Positions 1 to 11,690 of a DNA stretch of 64,000 nt are shown piece by piece (position 1 is the first letter of the stretch; the number at the start of each line of letters is the position of its first letter). The notes under the pieces are model-generated. The model saw only the letters and a program-made list of their open reading frames with translations, had not been told where the DNA came from and searched no databases. Both the position numbers and the translations under genes were made by a program. Where the stretch lies: assembly GCA_030704615.1 (NCBI GenBank), contig CM060732.1:22196001-22260000 (forward strand), given 5' to 3'. This stretch comes from Takakia lepidozioides (taxonomy: Eukaryota > Plantae > Bryophyta).

Positions 1-1583
1 GTCCGAGGTAACAGACTCCTTACCAGGAATCAGTAGCGCTAACATGACAAAGAACTTTTTGGTCATTAACCACGGAGGCAGATTGTAATTGACCAAGAGA
101 ACGGGCCATGTGCTCCAACTTGTGGATTGAGCTCCGTAGGGATTTACACCGTCTAAGGCCAATCCAAACCGCAAAGATCGTGGCTCTGCAGAAAAATCCT
201 CAAATGTGGTGTCAATGTATCTCCATGCTTTGCTATCAGCTGGATGTCGAACCAACCCATCCTGGCTCTTATGTCTGTCGTGCCATGTCATGAGGTTAGC
301 GATCGATTTACATCGGTACATACGTTTCAACCTTGGAATGACAGGGAAGTGTCGTAATACTTTCTTAGGCACACTTCCACGACCTGGAATGTAACGGGAA
401 CTGTGGCACACTGGGAAAATGTCTACATTCTCATACTCCCCACGGAAGAGTACACAACCACGCTCACAGGCATGAATCATGGTGTACTGCAATCCCATCT
501 TGGCAATCATGGTTTTTGCTTCATAGTGAGTTTTCGGCAATGAATTCTCTTTAGGCAAAAAACTCTTACGCAACAATCCCAGAAGCTCATCCACAAATGC
601 ATTGGTGCACTTGTGGGTAGTGCATGCGTTCAGCAACGTCAAAGTTGTTTGCAGCCGGCTGATGGAGCACCATTCAAAAAGTGAACATTGCGACTGTCGA
701 AAGAGTTTATCATACTCGGGATCAACGTGCAGGTGAGCATTCTCATCAAATTCATTGTCTCCGGAATCATCGAGATCATCGTCATGATCGGCAAATGTGT
801 GATCGGTTCCACCATGAATGAGGTCCTCTCTGTTTGCATTTGCAAAGAGAAATGCTTCCTGCAATGCACGCTGCATTTCTACCTCTAATCCACCACTCTC
901 ATCTGCGTTCTCTGTGACATTGGGCTCCCGCTGTGTCGCAGGGCCTTCGTCTTCATCATCTGAATATTCACATCCCTGCATCCCAATAGTCATCTTGTGA
1001 GTGGACCAACAACGATATGACATTTGTTCATATTATGACATAGGAGGCACGGTGACGTTGCAGTGATGCAGTCATATTTACGTATGTATCTTATGAATAT
1101 ACACCCAATCAAAACACGACATTTGTAACCATTGAAGTCATAGTTGCAGTCACTTACTTAGTCATATATGACTACATGACTACACATGACCAATGAAAAC
1201 ACGACATGTGCATTAATTAAAGTGATAACGGAAGTGGCGTAGTCATAGTCACGTCTGTATCTTATGACTTCTTGACTACAATCACCCAACGAAATGTCGA
1301 CATATGGAGAAGAGGATCGTTGCATTCAAAAATTCAAACTAAAGTGCTGAAGGGAAAGTGGCGATCTTACCGGAAGATAACAGCGTTGGAGAAGATGATC
1401 CCTCCCATGTATCATGTAATGATTCCTCACTGTTTCCAACAACAGTACTTTTTCTCCATGACACTCATCGCAGTTGCATAGCATTTTTGTATGCCCATTC
1501 CTTGTGGCATAAACTTCTTCCATTCGCCATAGACGGTCATCTATTCTACGCCTACGCATCTGGTCGCCACCTGCACTGTACAT
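1..1583 (-). pseudogene. CACTA Tnp2/TnpD (Transposase_21-type) transposase, N-terminal part, spliced and frameshifted
   Basis: The minus strand gives a transposase-associated Zn motif (LCNCDEC...VRNHYMIHG, 1326-1583), then FVDELLGLLRKSFLPKENSLPKTHYEAK..IHACERGCVLFRGEY..VCHSSRY..KVLRHFPVIPRLKRMY..HPADSKAW..GLALDGVNP in 1-660. Confidence 0.9.
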
Positions 1584-2052
1584 GCTTTGAACGACACCCC
1601 TTCCCTCTTTGCATGCTACGCGCAGTGCTTTGTCTCTAGTTTTGCACCAGCTGCCAATGTGCTATTTCTATATCTATAGTATACTATAAGTATCGTTTCT
1701 GAGTGTCCATGGTGAAGCGGAAGGTCTTCGAAGTGACAGTCCCTCTCACTGAGTACGAGAAGTTCCGAGAGCGCCGGATTGCTGCCATAAAGGAGGTAGA
1801 AGCAACGTTCAAGCAGTTGATAGATGGGTGAGTTTAGTTTCTGACTTTGGATACCCACCCACTAAACTTGCGATTCGCCTTATCCTCTAACCTTCCTACA
1901 ACGATCATAAGCTTCATAGCACAAATGGGGGCGAGTAGCTGCGACTTGTACAAACAGAGAGGCAAACAACATGCAGTGAGTGACGATGAGGTTTGAGGAG
2001 GGTGTGTCATTAGGCAGGAGATGTCCGCCGTCATTCGTGGGCAACCATTACG

Positions 2053-2380
2053 GATCCAGTCCTCCCATGCCGTAAGGGGTCTGATTCAAAGCCATTATAT
2101 TTCAAGAACTTGTCTACAGTGTGGGCAGACTGGCCAGAATGGACTTATGAGGACACTATTCTTGTTGACGACACACCAAGAAAGGCGGCAAACAATCCTC
2201 CCTTCAGTGGGATTTTTCCAGAGCCATGGAAGGTGCAACCAGATTCACCAACTGATGAGTATCTAACAGAGGTGTTGTGGCCTTTCTTGTGGAAGGCATC
2301 GAAAACTGCCAGTATTCCCAAGTTTTTGGAGTCTCAGCCTGTTTTCGGACAACAACCATACAACACTGCTACTGTGAAGG
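2053..2380 (+). pseudogene. FCP1/NIF-like HAD phosphatase domain, C-terminal half (CACTA cargo)
   Basis: KPLYFKNLSTVW..EDTILVDDTPRKAANNPPFSGIFP..W..D.YL..VLWPFL..FGQQP matches the C-terminal signature of plant FCP1-homology proteins (LLIDDSPYK..NP..AIFP). Confidence 0.75.
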
Positions 2381-2860
2381 TACAAACATTCTGACAGTGC
2401 TCCAGAGGCTACAATTTGTGGGTTCATTCATTGCATTGCTTTCCTGGATGCTTCTCATCGGTTGCTTGATTAATGCTAGGTTTTCTTTGCAGCTTTTCAT
2501 GTTGGCTTTTTTTGTTTGATTCATACTTGGATTTTGTTTCTATTCACTATTCCTATTTGCTCATTGCTTTCCTGGTTGTTCTCTGGTCTGTGACATAGGA
2601 ACTTGTGACAAACAAAGGTGATATTGTCGACAAGCCGGTACAGACGAGGGGCAAGAGTGTCGACCCGGCGAGTAGCCCCCCAAAAGAGGTCTCACAACCA
2701 CTGGTGACTGCAAATGGAGTAAGTCCAGGCCGTTGTCTTGTTTGTTTTATTTTTTCCAACCTTGGGGCTCTCTTTAATTTGCAAATGTTGAGTGTCATAG
2801 TCGTGTGTATGTCATGGGTTTTAACATCGTGTTCTTTTTTGTGTGGAGTTGGGATCACAG

Positions 2861-3141
2861 TTCAGGGTGGGTGACGAGGTTCGGCTGTTGGATGTGAACT
2901 CCAAACGCAAGAAATGTGGAGTATGGCTGATTGTTGCTCTTCAAGGTGTTGTGGTGGGTTACGGGTACCCTGTTGTGCCCCTTGATTATGCCTGTGTGTA
3001 CATCAAAGAGGCATGTGTCAGTAACACCCCTCTACCATATGTGAATGGTGTTAGGAACAGACCGAGTTGGGGCAGGTGGTTGGCCAGACAACACTTTGGA
3101 GTCTAAAGTTACTGAAACTTATGGAGCTGCGGAAGGGATAG
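2861..3141 (+). pseudogene. Tnp1/En/Spm-like (Transposase_23/DUF8039-like) domain exon
   Basis: VGDEVRLLD..GYPVVPLDYACVYIKEACVSNTPLPY..(frameshift)LGQVVGQTTLW follows the V..G..HG.P...V.V....LP....L..A.G...W pattern. Confidence 0.65.
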
Positions 3142-3689
3142 TCAGTATTGCACTGTTTAACAGAGTTCTTGATTCTAATAGCACTAGAACATACTAGCTA
3201 CAACAATTCAGCCCATGTGTGGGCTTGCTTGTTTTTGGCTGGGCCTTTTGAGGCATGGATTTTTGGACCTTGTGGCTTTTGAGGTGTCCATTGGGACATT
3301 GGTCTCATTTGGATTTTTGTAATGTGATTTATAGGACTTGTATTGCCCTGTAGTTGACTATTTTCATTCTCATTGTGGTTGATAGTATGCAGGAGGGATC
3401 CATTCTGTTTTCATGTTGGAATTTCACCAAAAGATTTTAAATCATTTAATTCACTTTCATTTTAAATAATACTATTTAAAATAATACCATTAAAAAAAAA
3501 TTCCAAGGCTGCAATCTCCCTGTTCTTTTAAATATTAAATGAAAACTAAAAAATAAAATATGAACATTAAAAATATAAACTATTTCGGAAAACAATCTTG
3601 ATGATACGTGGCATCACTCTTGCTCAAACCAGAACACGTGGCAGTATATGACACGACATTCTTTATCCATATTTTCACCACGTGTAAAG

Positions 3690-4313
3690 ATCCGTAGTCA
3701 TATATGCTAGTCATATATTTTGTCTGTGTGCCACATGTCACATCTCTAGTGCAACAGGTGTCCCGCTAACAACTCTCCATGTAGACATCCCTGTAGTCAT
3801 ATGAGCGAGTCATGTAGTCATCACGTGTGAAATCTGTCATAACACACGTGTCCCGCTAGCGCCTCTCCATGTAGGCATCACTGTGCAGACATGTAGTCAT
3901 ATGATCATGGCAAGAAGTCGTGACATGTCAAATTCGCAGTGGCGCACGTGTCCATCCGTCGCCTCTCCATGTAGGCATCACTTTGCAGACATATAGTCAT
4001 ATGATCCCCTGACGAATGCATGACGTGTCGCTTGCGCAGTGGCGCACGTGTCCCGCTGAAGCCTGTCCATGTAGGCAGCGCTCAACAGACAATGTAGTCA
4101 TATATTAGTCATATAGTTGTGACTGCAACCCTCTCTGCAGCAGGACTCCAGGTGCCACGCAAGCAGTCACGGATATGACTTGCAAAACGCAGTCCTAAAG
4201 ACTAGTCGCTATGACAGGGCTTTTTTCACTACAGAGTGATGTAGTCATGAACGCATATAAAACTGAAAAAATAGTCATATGTGAAGTCATAAAAATGCTC
4301 ATCTGTTGTAGTG
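3690..4313. repeat. CACTA subterminal repeat array and TIR
   Basis: About four 90-120-bp units (GTCC..CTCTCCATGTAGGCATC..GTAGTCATATG) plus many TAGTCAT motifs, ending in TAGTG. Confidence 0.85.
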
Positions 4314-5736
4314 CATTCTAGAGGCAATGATGGAAGCTGTAATAGACGAGGAGAACCATAAGGGGGACCTTCAGAGGACTCGGGATCACCTCTATGGAGT
4401 CAGGGTTCTTCCCTCCTCTTCCTCATCATCCAGTGTCTCTCGCCGCGCAGTGGTGGTGTCTGCTCCAACAATGCCAAGTCAGACAACAACGAGTCCCCCT
4501 TCTCAACACGACATCACACAACCTCCCAACTCAATAGTCAGTGTCCCCTTGGGAGCGCCTCCCAACTCGCCTCCAATTCTTATTCTGGAGTCAAATATGG
4601 AGGAGGTTATCACCAAGATGGACCAGGTTCTTTCCCCCCTTTTCCCTGCTTCATTTTCTATGCTAAAATGACTCCAAACGCGGCTGGCTGAGCTCTGTTT
4701 CAAAGAATCCTTAAAAAAACCAGCCCATAGGAGGCTTCATTCTATTTATTTTCCTACCTCCCTTACAGGCTTGCCTTACCTGCACCACCCTCAAATCATT
4801 GACCCTCTCTTGCCTTCTTCAACTTCCTCTACCCTCCGATTGCCTTCTTCATAACACTCACTTGGTGTCCATCTCTGCAATCAATCCAAACCCCAGTCAA
4901 TTTGTCTTTTCCCCCCTAAATAAATTTAATAAAATTTATCCAGTGCATCTGTCCCATGTTCATCGAAATATATGTACATATACCGTAGTACCTTGGCAAG
5001 ATTGACAGTCATCTGTCAATATTTATTCTATTTTCAGAATTCCATTTCGACAATATATGGAATATTCCCAAAGACGCTTTATTATCATTCACAAAGTTAT
5101 TTAATTTCACAAAATCAATTTCCAAAATTTTCATGGTACTCGGGGGGCGGGGGGCACTCCTTATCAATTTAGCAGACACGTGAGATAAAAGGGTATTTTC
5201 CTGGGAGGTATTAATTTAATTTTTTGGTTTTTTCTACCCCTTATAATTATATAATTTTCTAATATACAACATTTTTTAGTAGGCTATTCTTTTTCCTTTA
5301 AAAAAAAAATGAATCCCTGGTTACTTTATTGATAATTATTGAGGGGGAAAAAATTAAAACCCTGTTGTCGCCACAAGGCACACACACCGAAGAGTCAGTG
5401 TATGAATTCTTTTTATATTCAGCAGCAACCATGAATATTTGATATGCTATATTAATATAAATATAAAAAAACTTTACAAAGCAAAAACTTGACGTTTTAC
5501 ATTCTTTCATTTTAGGGTTATTGAATTCTGCTAAGGTAGCGGGGGGTAACATTATGTCGTATCTTGCTGTGACTACACTCAGACCATGAACACTATATCA
5601 AGGGTATTGTTGCACCACAATAATGCTAAAAGTGGGGTCTATTTCTAAATGAGAGTTAACAAGGGACACTCTACTTCCAATGATGACAGCTGCAGGGAAG
5701 AACCATCTAGATATCTGTTTATGAAATTCTGCATTG

Positions 5737-5766
5737 AACACTATTTTAATTAATTCTGGACTTTTG
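5737..5766 (+). repeat. Left arm of subterminal inverted repeat (partner 20068-20097)
   Basis: AACACTATTTTAATTAATTCTGGACTTTTG matches the reverse complement of 20068-20097 at 28/30. Confidence 0.75.
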
Positions 5767-6179
5767 GCTTACATCTGGACTAAACTTTTTATATATTTGC
5801 ATTAAATTAATTGAAATATTAATAATATCATGGTGTAATGTGTGATTGAACTTTGTGAAATTTCAGGTGATGTCATACTTGTTTCAAAATGTGTCATATA
5901 AGAAGGTCCATTTGACATTGAAGTGCTCAATGTGAAGTAGCAGTATTGAACAATTCATTGAACGTCCACTTGGAAGTCGAATAAAGTAATATTCCATTGC
6001 AGGATCATGATAAACAAATGGGTCGCATCGAACATGGGCCAGACTCCTACTCTACCATACTCGATATAACTTGTTAGTAATTTTATTGATTGAATCTTCA
6101 TATCAAGCACAATGTTAACATACCACGCCATTGGAATGTGATACATACTCGATACAACTTGCAATAAAATATTAGAATA

Positions 6180-7840
6180 GCATGAAACATTCGGAAGAGG
6201 TACTAGGGTAGTACAATAAGGTTTGGGGTGTAACTAGAGAGAAGTGTAATAAGGTTTGGGTTTACAGTAAGGGTTTAGGGTTTGGATTTAGGGTACAAAA
6301 GGACAAACAAATATGATGGACTCACACTCGGTAGAATTAAGAAATGGTTGAGGAATTTGATATCCCTGTAATCATTCCATCATACCTTATCCAACAAAAG
6401 AAAATATTAAAAGAGCATGAAACATTGAGAAGAGGTAACATGGTAGTACAATAAGGTTTGGAATGTAACTAGGGTAGTACATTAAAGTTATTGGTTTATG
6501 GTAAGATTAATGGTTTAGGGTGATGGTAAAGGTAGGATTTTTGGTTTGGGGTTAAGAACACTATTGGACAAACAAATATGGAAGACTCACAGTCGCTAGA
6601 ACTTGGTGTGTGTTAGTAGGATAAAAAATAAAATAAAAAATGGAGAAACAAATATTATGGAAGAGTCATTGGACCAGAGAAGTATTTGAGGATTTGTCCT
6701 TGGAACCTGGTATTAAGATACATATGGTTATGGTATGGATACTTCATTCCTATTTGCAGGGGAATGGTAAGGATTTAGACGTAACAATGGCGTAGGGTTT
6801 TGTTTTAGGGTTCCCAACGAGGGTTTAGGGTTTGGGTTGAAGGCAGAAATGGTGAGCATACATGTCGGAAGACGCACTCGCTACAACTTAGTGTTGTTAG
6901 TAAGGTAGTAAGCAAAATAAAAATGAAGAACCTAATATTATGGAAGTGTAGTCATTGCATCGGACAAGTATTTAAATAAAAGACTCGTCCTTGGAACCTG
7001 ATATTAAGATACATAGAAAGCAAAGTTCGATAAAAAAAAAGGTAAGTGCATGTCAATCCAAACCAAAGGCAAAACCTTGCGTAAGGTGAAGGGCGAAGAG
7101 ATTTGAATAACCATAAATAGTTATGGTTATGGTATGGATATTTCATTCCCATTTGCAAAGGAAGGATAAGGGCTTAGACGTAATAATGGCGTAGGATTTT
7201 GCTTAGGGTTTTCGACGAGGGTTTAGGGCTTGGGTTGAAGGCAGAAATGGTGAGCATACATGCCGGAAGACTCGCACTCGCTACAACTTAGTGTGTATTA
7301 GTAAGGTACAAAATGGAAATTTGGATATATTGAAGAGATTTGGATAACCAAAATGGTTATGGTTATGGTAGGGATAGTTGATTCCCATTTGCAAAGGGAA
7401 GGGAAAGGGTTCTGGGGTATTGGGTTAAGGGTAAATGTTTAGGGTTTTATAGTAAGGGTTTAGGGTAAGGGTTTAAGATTTTTGTTTAAGTTACAAAATA
7501 GACAAACACTTATGGAAAACTCCAAACTTCGCTAGAACTTAGTGTTGTTAGTAGGGTACTAGTAAGCAAAAACTAAGAACCTAATATTATGGACAAGTAT
7601 TTAAATGAAAGACTCGTCGTTGGAACGTGGACCTATTAAGATGTAACATAGAAAGCAAACTGTAACATGCCTAAATGCATGTCAATCCAAAACAAAGGAA
7701 AAAGCTAGCGTAAATGTGAAGGGAGAAGACATTTCAATAACCATAATGGTTATGGTTATGGCTATGGTTATGGCTATGGTTATGATGTGAATAGTTCATG
7801 GGCCATTTGCAGAAAAATGTAAGGGTTAGGGGTAATGCTA
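6180..7840. repeat. Degenerate tandem array (~250-400-bp units) rich in telomere-like TTTAGGG/TTTGGG and (GGTTAT)n
   Basis: A recurrent anchor (CACTCGCTACAACTTAGTG-like) at ~6325, 6588, 6875, 7276 and 7528, repeated GGGTTTAGGG blocks and GGTTATGGTTAT runs. Confidence 0.75.
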
Positions 7841-7976
7841 ACATAAAAAGCAAGGTAAAAAAATGTATGTCAATCCTAAATCCTAAATTGCCAAAAATAA
7901 AATAAAATAAAATACACAATATGAGATTTGGAAAGAAAATGGCGTTATATAACGACTTTTGGGAAACGCCTGGATC

Positions 7977-8983
7977 TCATGGGAGAAAATGGATCTGAAG
8001 AAAACATGAGAGAGGACAAAAAGTCAGACCACCAAATAAAAACCAAAACGAAGTACAGATAGCCAAGGTTTTTCGCCAATTGAAATATTGACAGCAGTGA
8101 AGTCTGCAGCAAGGTTTGCTGCTCACGGACCGGACTTCATCCAGAGTAAGATTCTTCATTCTTTTTTTGGAATGTTCCAAATCTCGATCCCTCTTCTTCC
8201 TCGTAAAATGCCGATACGCCGCTTTCTTCACACCTGCCTCGTGATCTTCGTACAAGATACTGTCAGAAGATATAATAAAATTCTCCAGATCATTTAAGGT
8301 GTAGTCTCCTACTTTCCAAAAGTCGTGTTTTTATTAAAGGCCATTTTATAAGAGACATCAAAGATCCAGATCCTCCATAAAGTATTCTGGTGACAAGAAA
8401 TCCAACATCGTCCTCTCTCAGTTTGTTATTGAGGATCACCTCGTCCGGAATGCAGGCTTGAATCCTCCCCTCGAACAGTGCACCCCCATCATCACCCAAC
8501 AGTACGCACGGCAAGTTTCTCCAGTTGTTTCTTCCGAGTCCTCCGCTCGGATTCCCGGAACTCTTCGATGGTCTGCGGTTTGATTCATCCTCGTCGACGT
8601 CAGAATTTCCGGCAGTATACCTTGTCTCCGGCGTAAAATCAGGATTCATGTCAAGCCCTCCTTGATACTCGTTATTCTCCGCATGAACTTTGCCAACATT
8701 CCACACCACCGGGGTCCCAATGGCCTCCTTCAAGGTGTCAGCATCCATATGTCCATAAGGAAGAACATAATGAGTGTGCTTCATCACAAGAGATGAGAAC
8801 CACTGAAATGGTTGAGGAAGATAATTGGTGTCCATGACAGGTCCCAACCCCGGAGACATTAAGGCAGTCCCCAGTTGCTACTGGAGATGAAGACCCGGGA
8901 AGAGTAAGAAACACTCTTTGACCCGTCTCTAAGCTCATGATCACCGGAACCTCCACTGCACACGCGAGGTTCAAGAAACTGAA
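7977..8983 (-). pseudogene. Transposon protein: two Tnp1/En/Spm-like domains followed by a Cys-rich (CCxxxCC..F..FW) transposase-like N-terminus; frameshifted and truncated
   Basis: Joining three frames gives VATGDCLNVSGVGTCHGHQL../LPYGHMDADTLKEAIGTPVVW; WRNLPCVLL..FEGRIQAC..L.EDDVGF..IKWP; LTLDEVRSVSSKPCCRLHCCQYFNWRKTLAICTSFW. No DDE core follows. Confidence 0.6.
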
Positions 8984-11690
8984 AACCCCTCCGTGACGAC
9001 CTTACTCACAGTAATAAGCAGTATGAGTTAAGACTATATTCAGAGATGAATCAATACAATAAAAGAAAATACACTCGCGTATGAATGAGGTATGAACGTT
9101 TCTGAGAAGTAGAATAGAAATGGAATTACTGTTTGTTCTGGAACATGTCATGTGAAGATTGAGTCTAATTATATAACCTCCACTGCACAGTGGAGATTGG
9201 ATGAGATACAGATGAAAAAAGCCGGACGGATGAATACTAGTGGATGAATATGGTTACGTGGATGAATAATTGTAATGACGGATAAATGTGAGCATTGACG
9301 TGACTGTCCAGTGGAGGTCCACGACTTGAGAATTGGACTGTAATTTCTAAACATGCAGATGAGAAAGAAGTAGATTTTCCTGTAGACAATCGAAAACACA
9401 CAGATGCCATAACATTTTCTACGAGAGAAAATGCAGTTCACACGAGAGATTATGGAAATTCAGAGAGGTACACCTGCGATGGCCACAGAGGTACAGGATG
9501 CTCAGAGAGGTGCACTATGGGCAGTGAGGTGGGAAATGGCCAGAGAGGTGCGGGAAACACAATCTGCAAGTGAGAGGTATGGAGATAGAAGTTTGAATAG
9601 TTTGTACTCAGACCTTATATAGAGGTGGAAACCGGGTTGCCCGCTGGAATTCCTCCAATGGGATAGTGCGATACATTGTCTCGCGGATCGATTTCCGGCG
9701 TCGTTGATATCCGATATGGCCACAATCGAACGGTTCTAGATGGTGCAGGAGTGCACTCTTTGACCGATTTCGGAAAAGAGTGTCATTTACTGGTAGAACC
9801 CTATGTAACAATTATGATGCCAGAACGATAACGGTTTCGTACTCGTGCTTATAAAGCATGACATATTTTGCATTTAATGCTGTCCAAGTAGATCAAGGCC
9901 TGACGCCGTTGATAAACGTTTCATGAAATCGTGCGAGAATGCGGCGGGCGTAAATGAGGAAATATTCCAAGCCTTAATCCGCCGAATGTAGACATGGTCA
10001 GGAGCAATAATTCCAAGCGGCAAAACGCCGCAGGAGGATCTGACTTGTACATTTCATTTATCGTCATGTGTGGGGTGTGGAAAATATCCCGCGGGGTTAT
10101 AATTGATGATCCTGTGCAAGGGATCACTAACGTTATGTTTTCTCGTTCATTCATCTGTTTTTTCATTTCATCTAATCATTCGTAAAATGGATGGACAGAA
10201 TGGAAAGAATGAATTGGATGATATTTGCATGGATGTTGGATGGAACACGCGCGACCGTTCGATATTGAAAGGACGCGATGGTTCAGATCCTTTGCGACGG
10301 CACCATATAAGGGGTGTGGTCGTTCAGCCCACCCTTTCGGCACTCCATTGTGTACGTGGAAGCGCTACGGAAGTGCTAAGACCAACTAGCGCTACAAAAG
10401 AGAGAGTTTTGAAGAGGGGAGAGCGTGAATAGCAGAGAGCGTGTTGTGCAGGGTGCCATGAGAGCAGAGAGAAGAGAGCATGCAGTTCAGTGCAGCGTGA
10501 GAGTGCAGTGGAGGAAAGCAAGCAGACAGCGGATTCAAGTACAGATAGGAGACGGGAGAGAAGCAGAGCGTAAGGGAGAGCGGAGCGGAGCGGTGGAAGC
10601 TTAAGGGTCAGGCGTTTCAGGTCAGCAACAGGGGCACCGAAATGGCTCAAGCATCCAGTAGGTAATGTTCTCGTTTATAGTTTCTATCTGGTTTGATGTC
10701 ATTCTCTCTTGCTCGCTCTTGCTTGTTTTGATATGTTGATTTGATGTTGTTATGCTGTTTCAGTTTGTTCAGTTTGTTGATTTGCTTTTCTTTTTGTTTT
10801 GTTGTTGCTTCTGTTGGTCAGCATTGCCCACGTCGCTGTTGGTTTGCTTATGTTTCCTCACTCGCTTTCGTTCCAGAGGTTATAGAGCACCATTTGTTTC
10901 TTGCATGTCACGTTTCGTGAGTGTGTTGTCTTGTCTGATGCAGAGCATCTCATTTCAATTCATTGGTTCCAAAGCTGTTTCAATTTGTTTGAATTGATTG
11001 AACTTGTTTAGGTGTTTCAATGCATTGTTGCTCTCTGCTGGTGGTTTGTATGGTGGTTTGTAAGGATGGTTGGTATGGGTGGTTTGTGGTTCTGGTTTAC
11101 TTGTGCCGCTGGATTATTAGGGATATGGATTTAGGGTTATGGTGGGTTAGGATCATGGTTTTTTGCGATTGGTTTTTCGAATTTCCGATATTTGAAAACG
11201 GGTTTTTCTTCGGGCCTAGGCTACTCTAGTAGACTAGTCTCCGTAGACCACTAGACCTCTAGTAGACCTCCATAAACCCCGGCAGGACAAACCATACGAA
11301 CCTCGCCTGCTCAGTGGAGGTTCCTGCGTGTACGAGGCTGATGAGGGTAATAATGAGGGTAATGAGGGCACGTGGTTCAATGACGAAACCAATATGGAGG
11401 ACAGTGGAGGTTACTGTCCTGGGAGTTTTGTATGGTTGTTATAATATGTGTCTGACGATAGAGGTGGTTTGTTCTGTGGACATCAACATCACCCCCAGGG
11501 ATTGTATTGTTGGAATGTGCAAACCTATCTGTGGTTCATTTGTTTATCGAAAATCTCTGAATTTCAAGAATGATCACCTGGCAATTTTTGAGCAGAATGG
11601 GGCATTGTACCCGTTGGTACACCTCCGGACCATAAGTTCCGGTTCCACTACAAGATTGGTGAAGAGGTCGCTGAGCTCAAATATGCAGAT

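Larger units (their letters stand above)
1..4313 (-). mobile_element. CACTA (EnSpm) DNA transposon, one end; continues left of the window
   Basis: Ends in ...GTTGTAGTG at 4313 (5'-CACTACAAC on the minus strand). Dense TAGTCATAT/ATGACTA subterminal motifs at 3690-4290. Encodes a Tnp2-type transposase and a Tnp1-like domain. Confidence 0.92.

Noticed and set aside
4327-4671. 114-aa Ser/Pro-rich ORF next to the CACTA end
   Set aside because: Low complexity with no recognisable homology.
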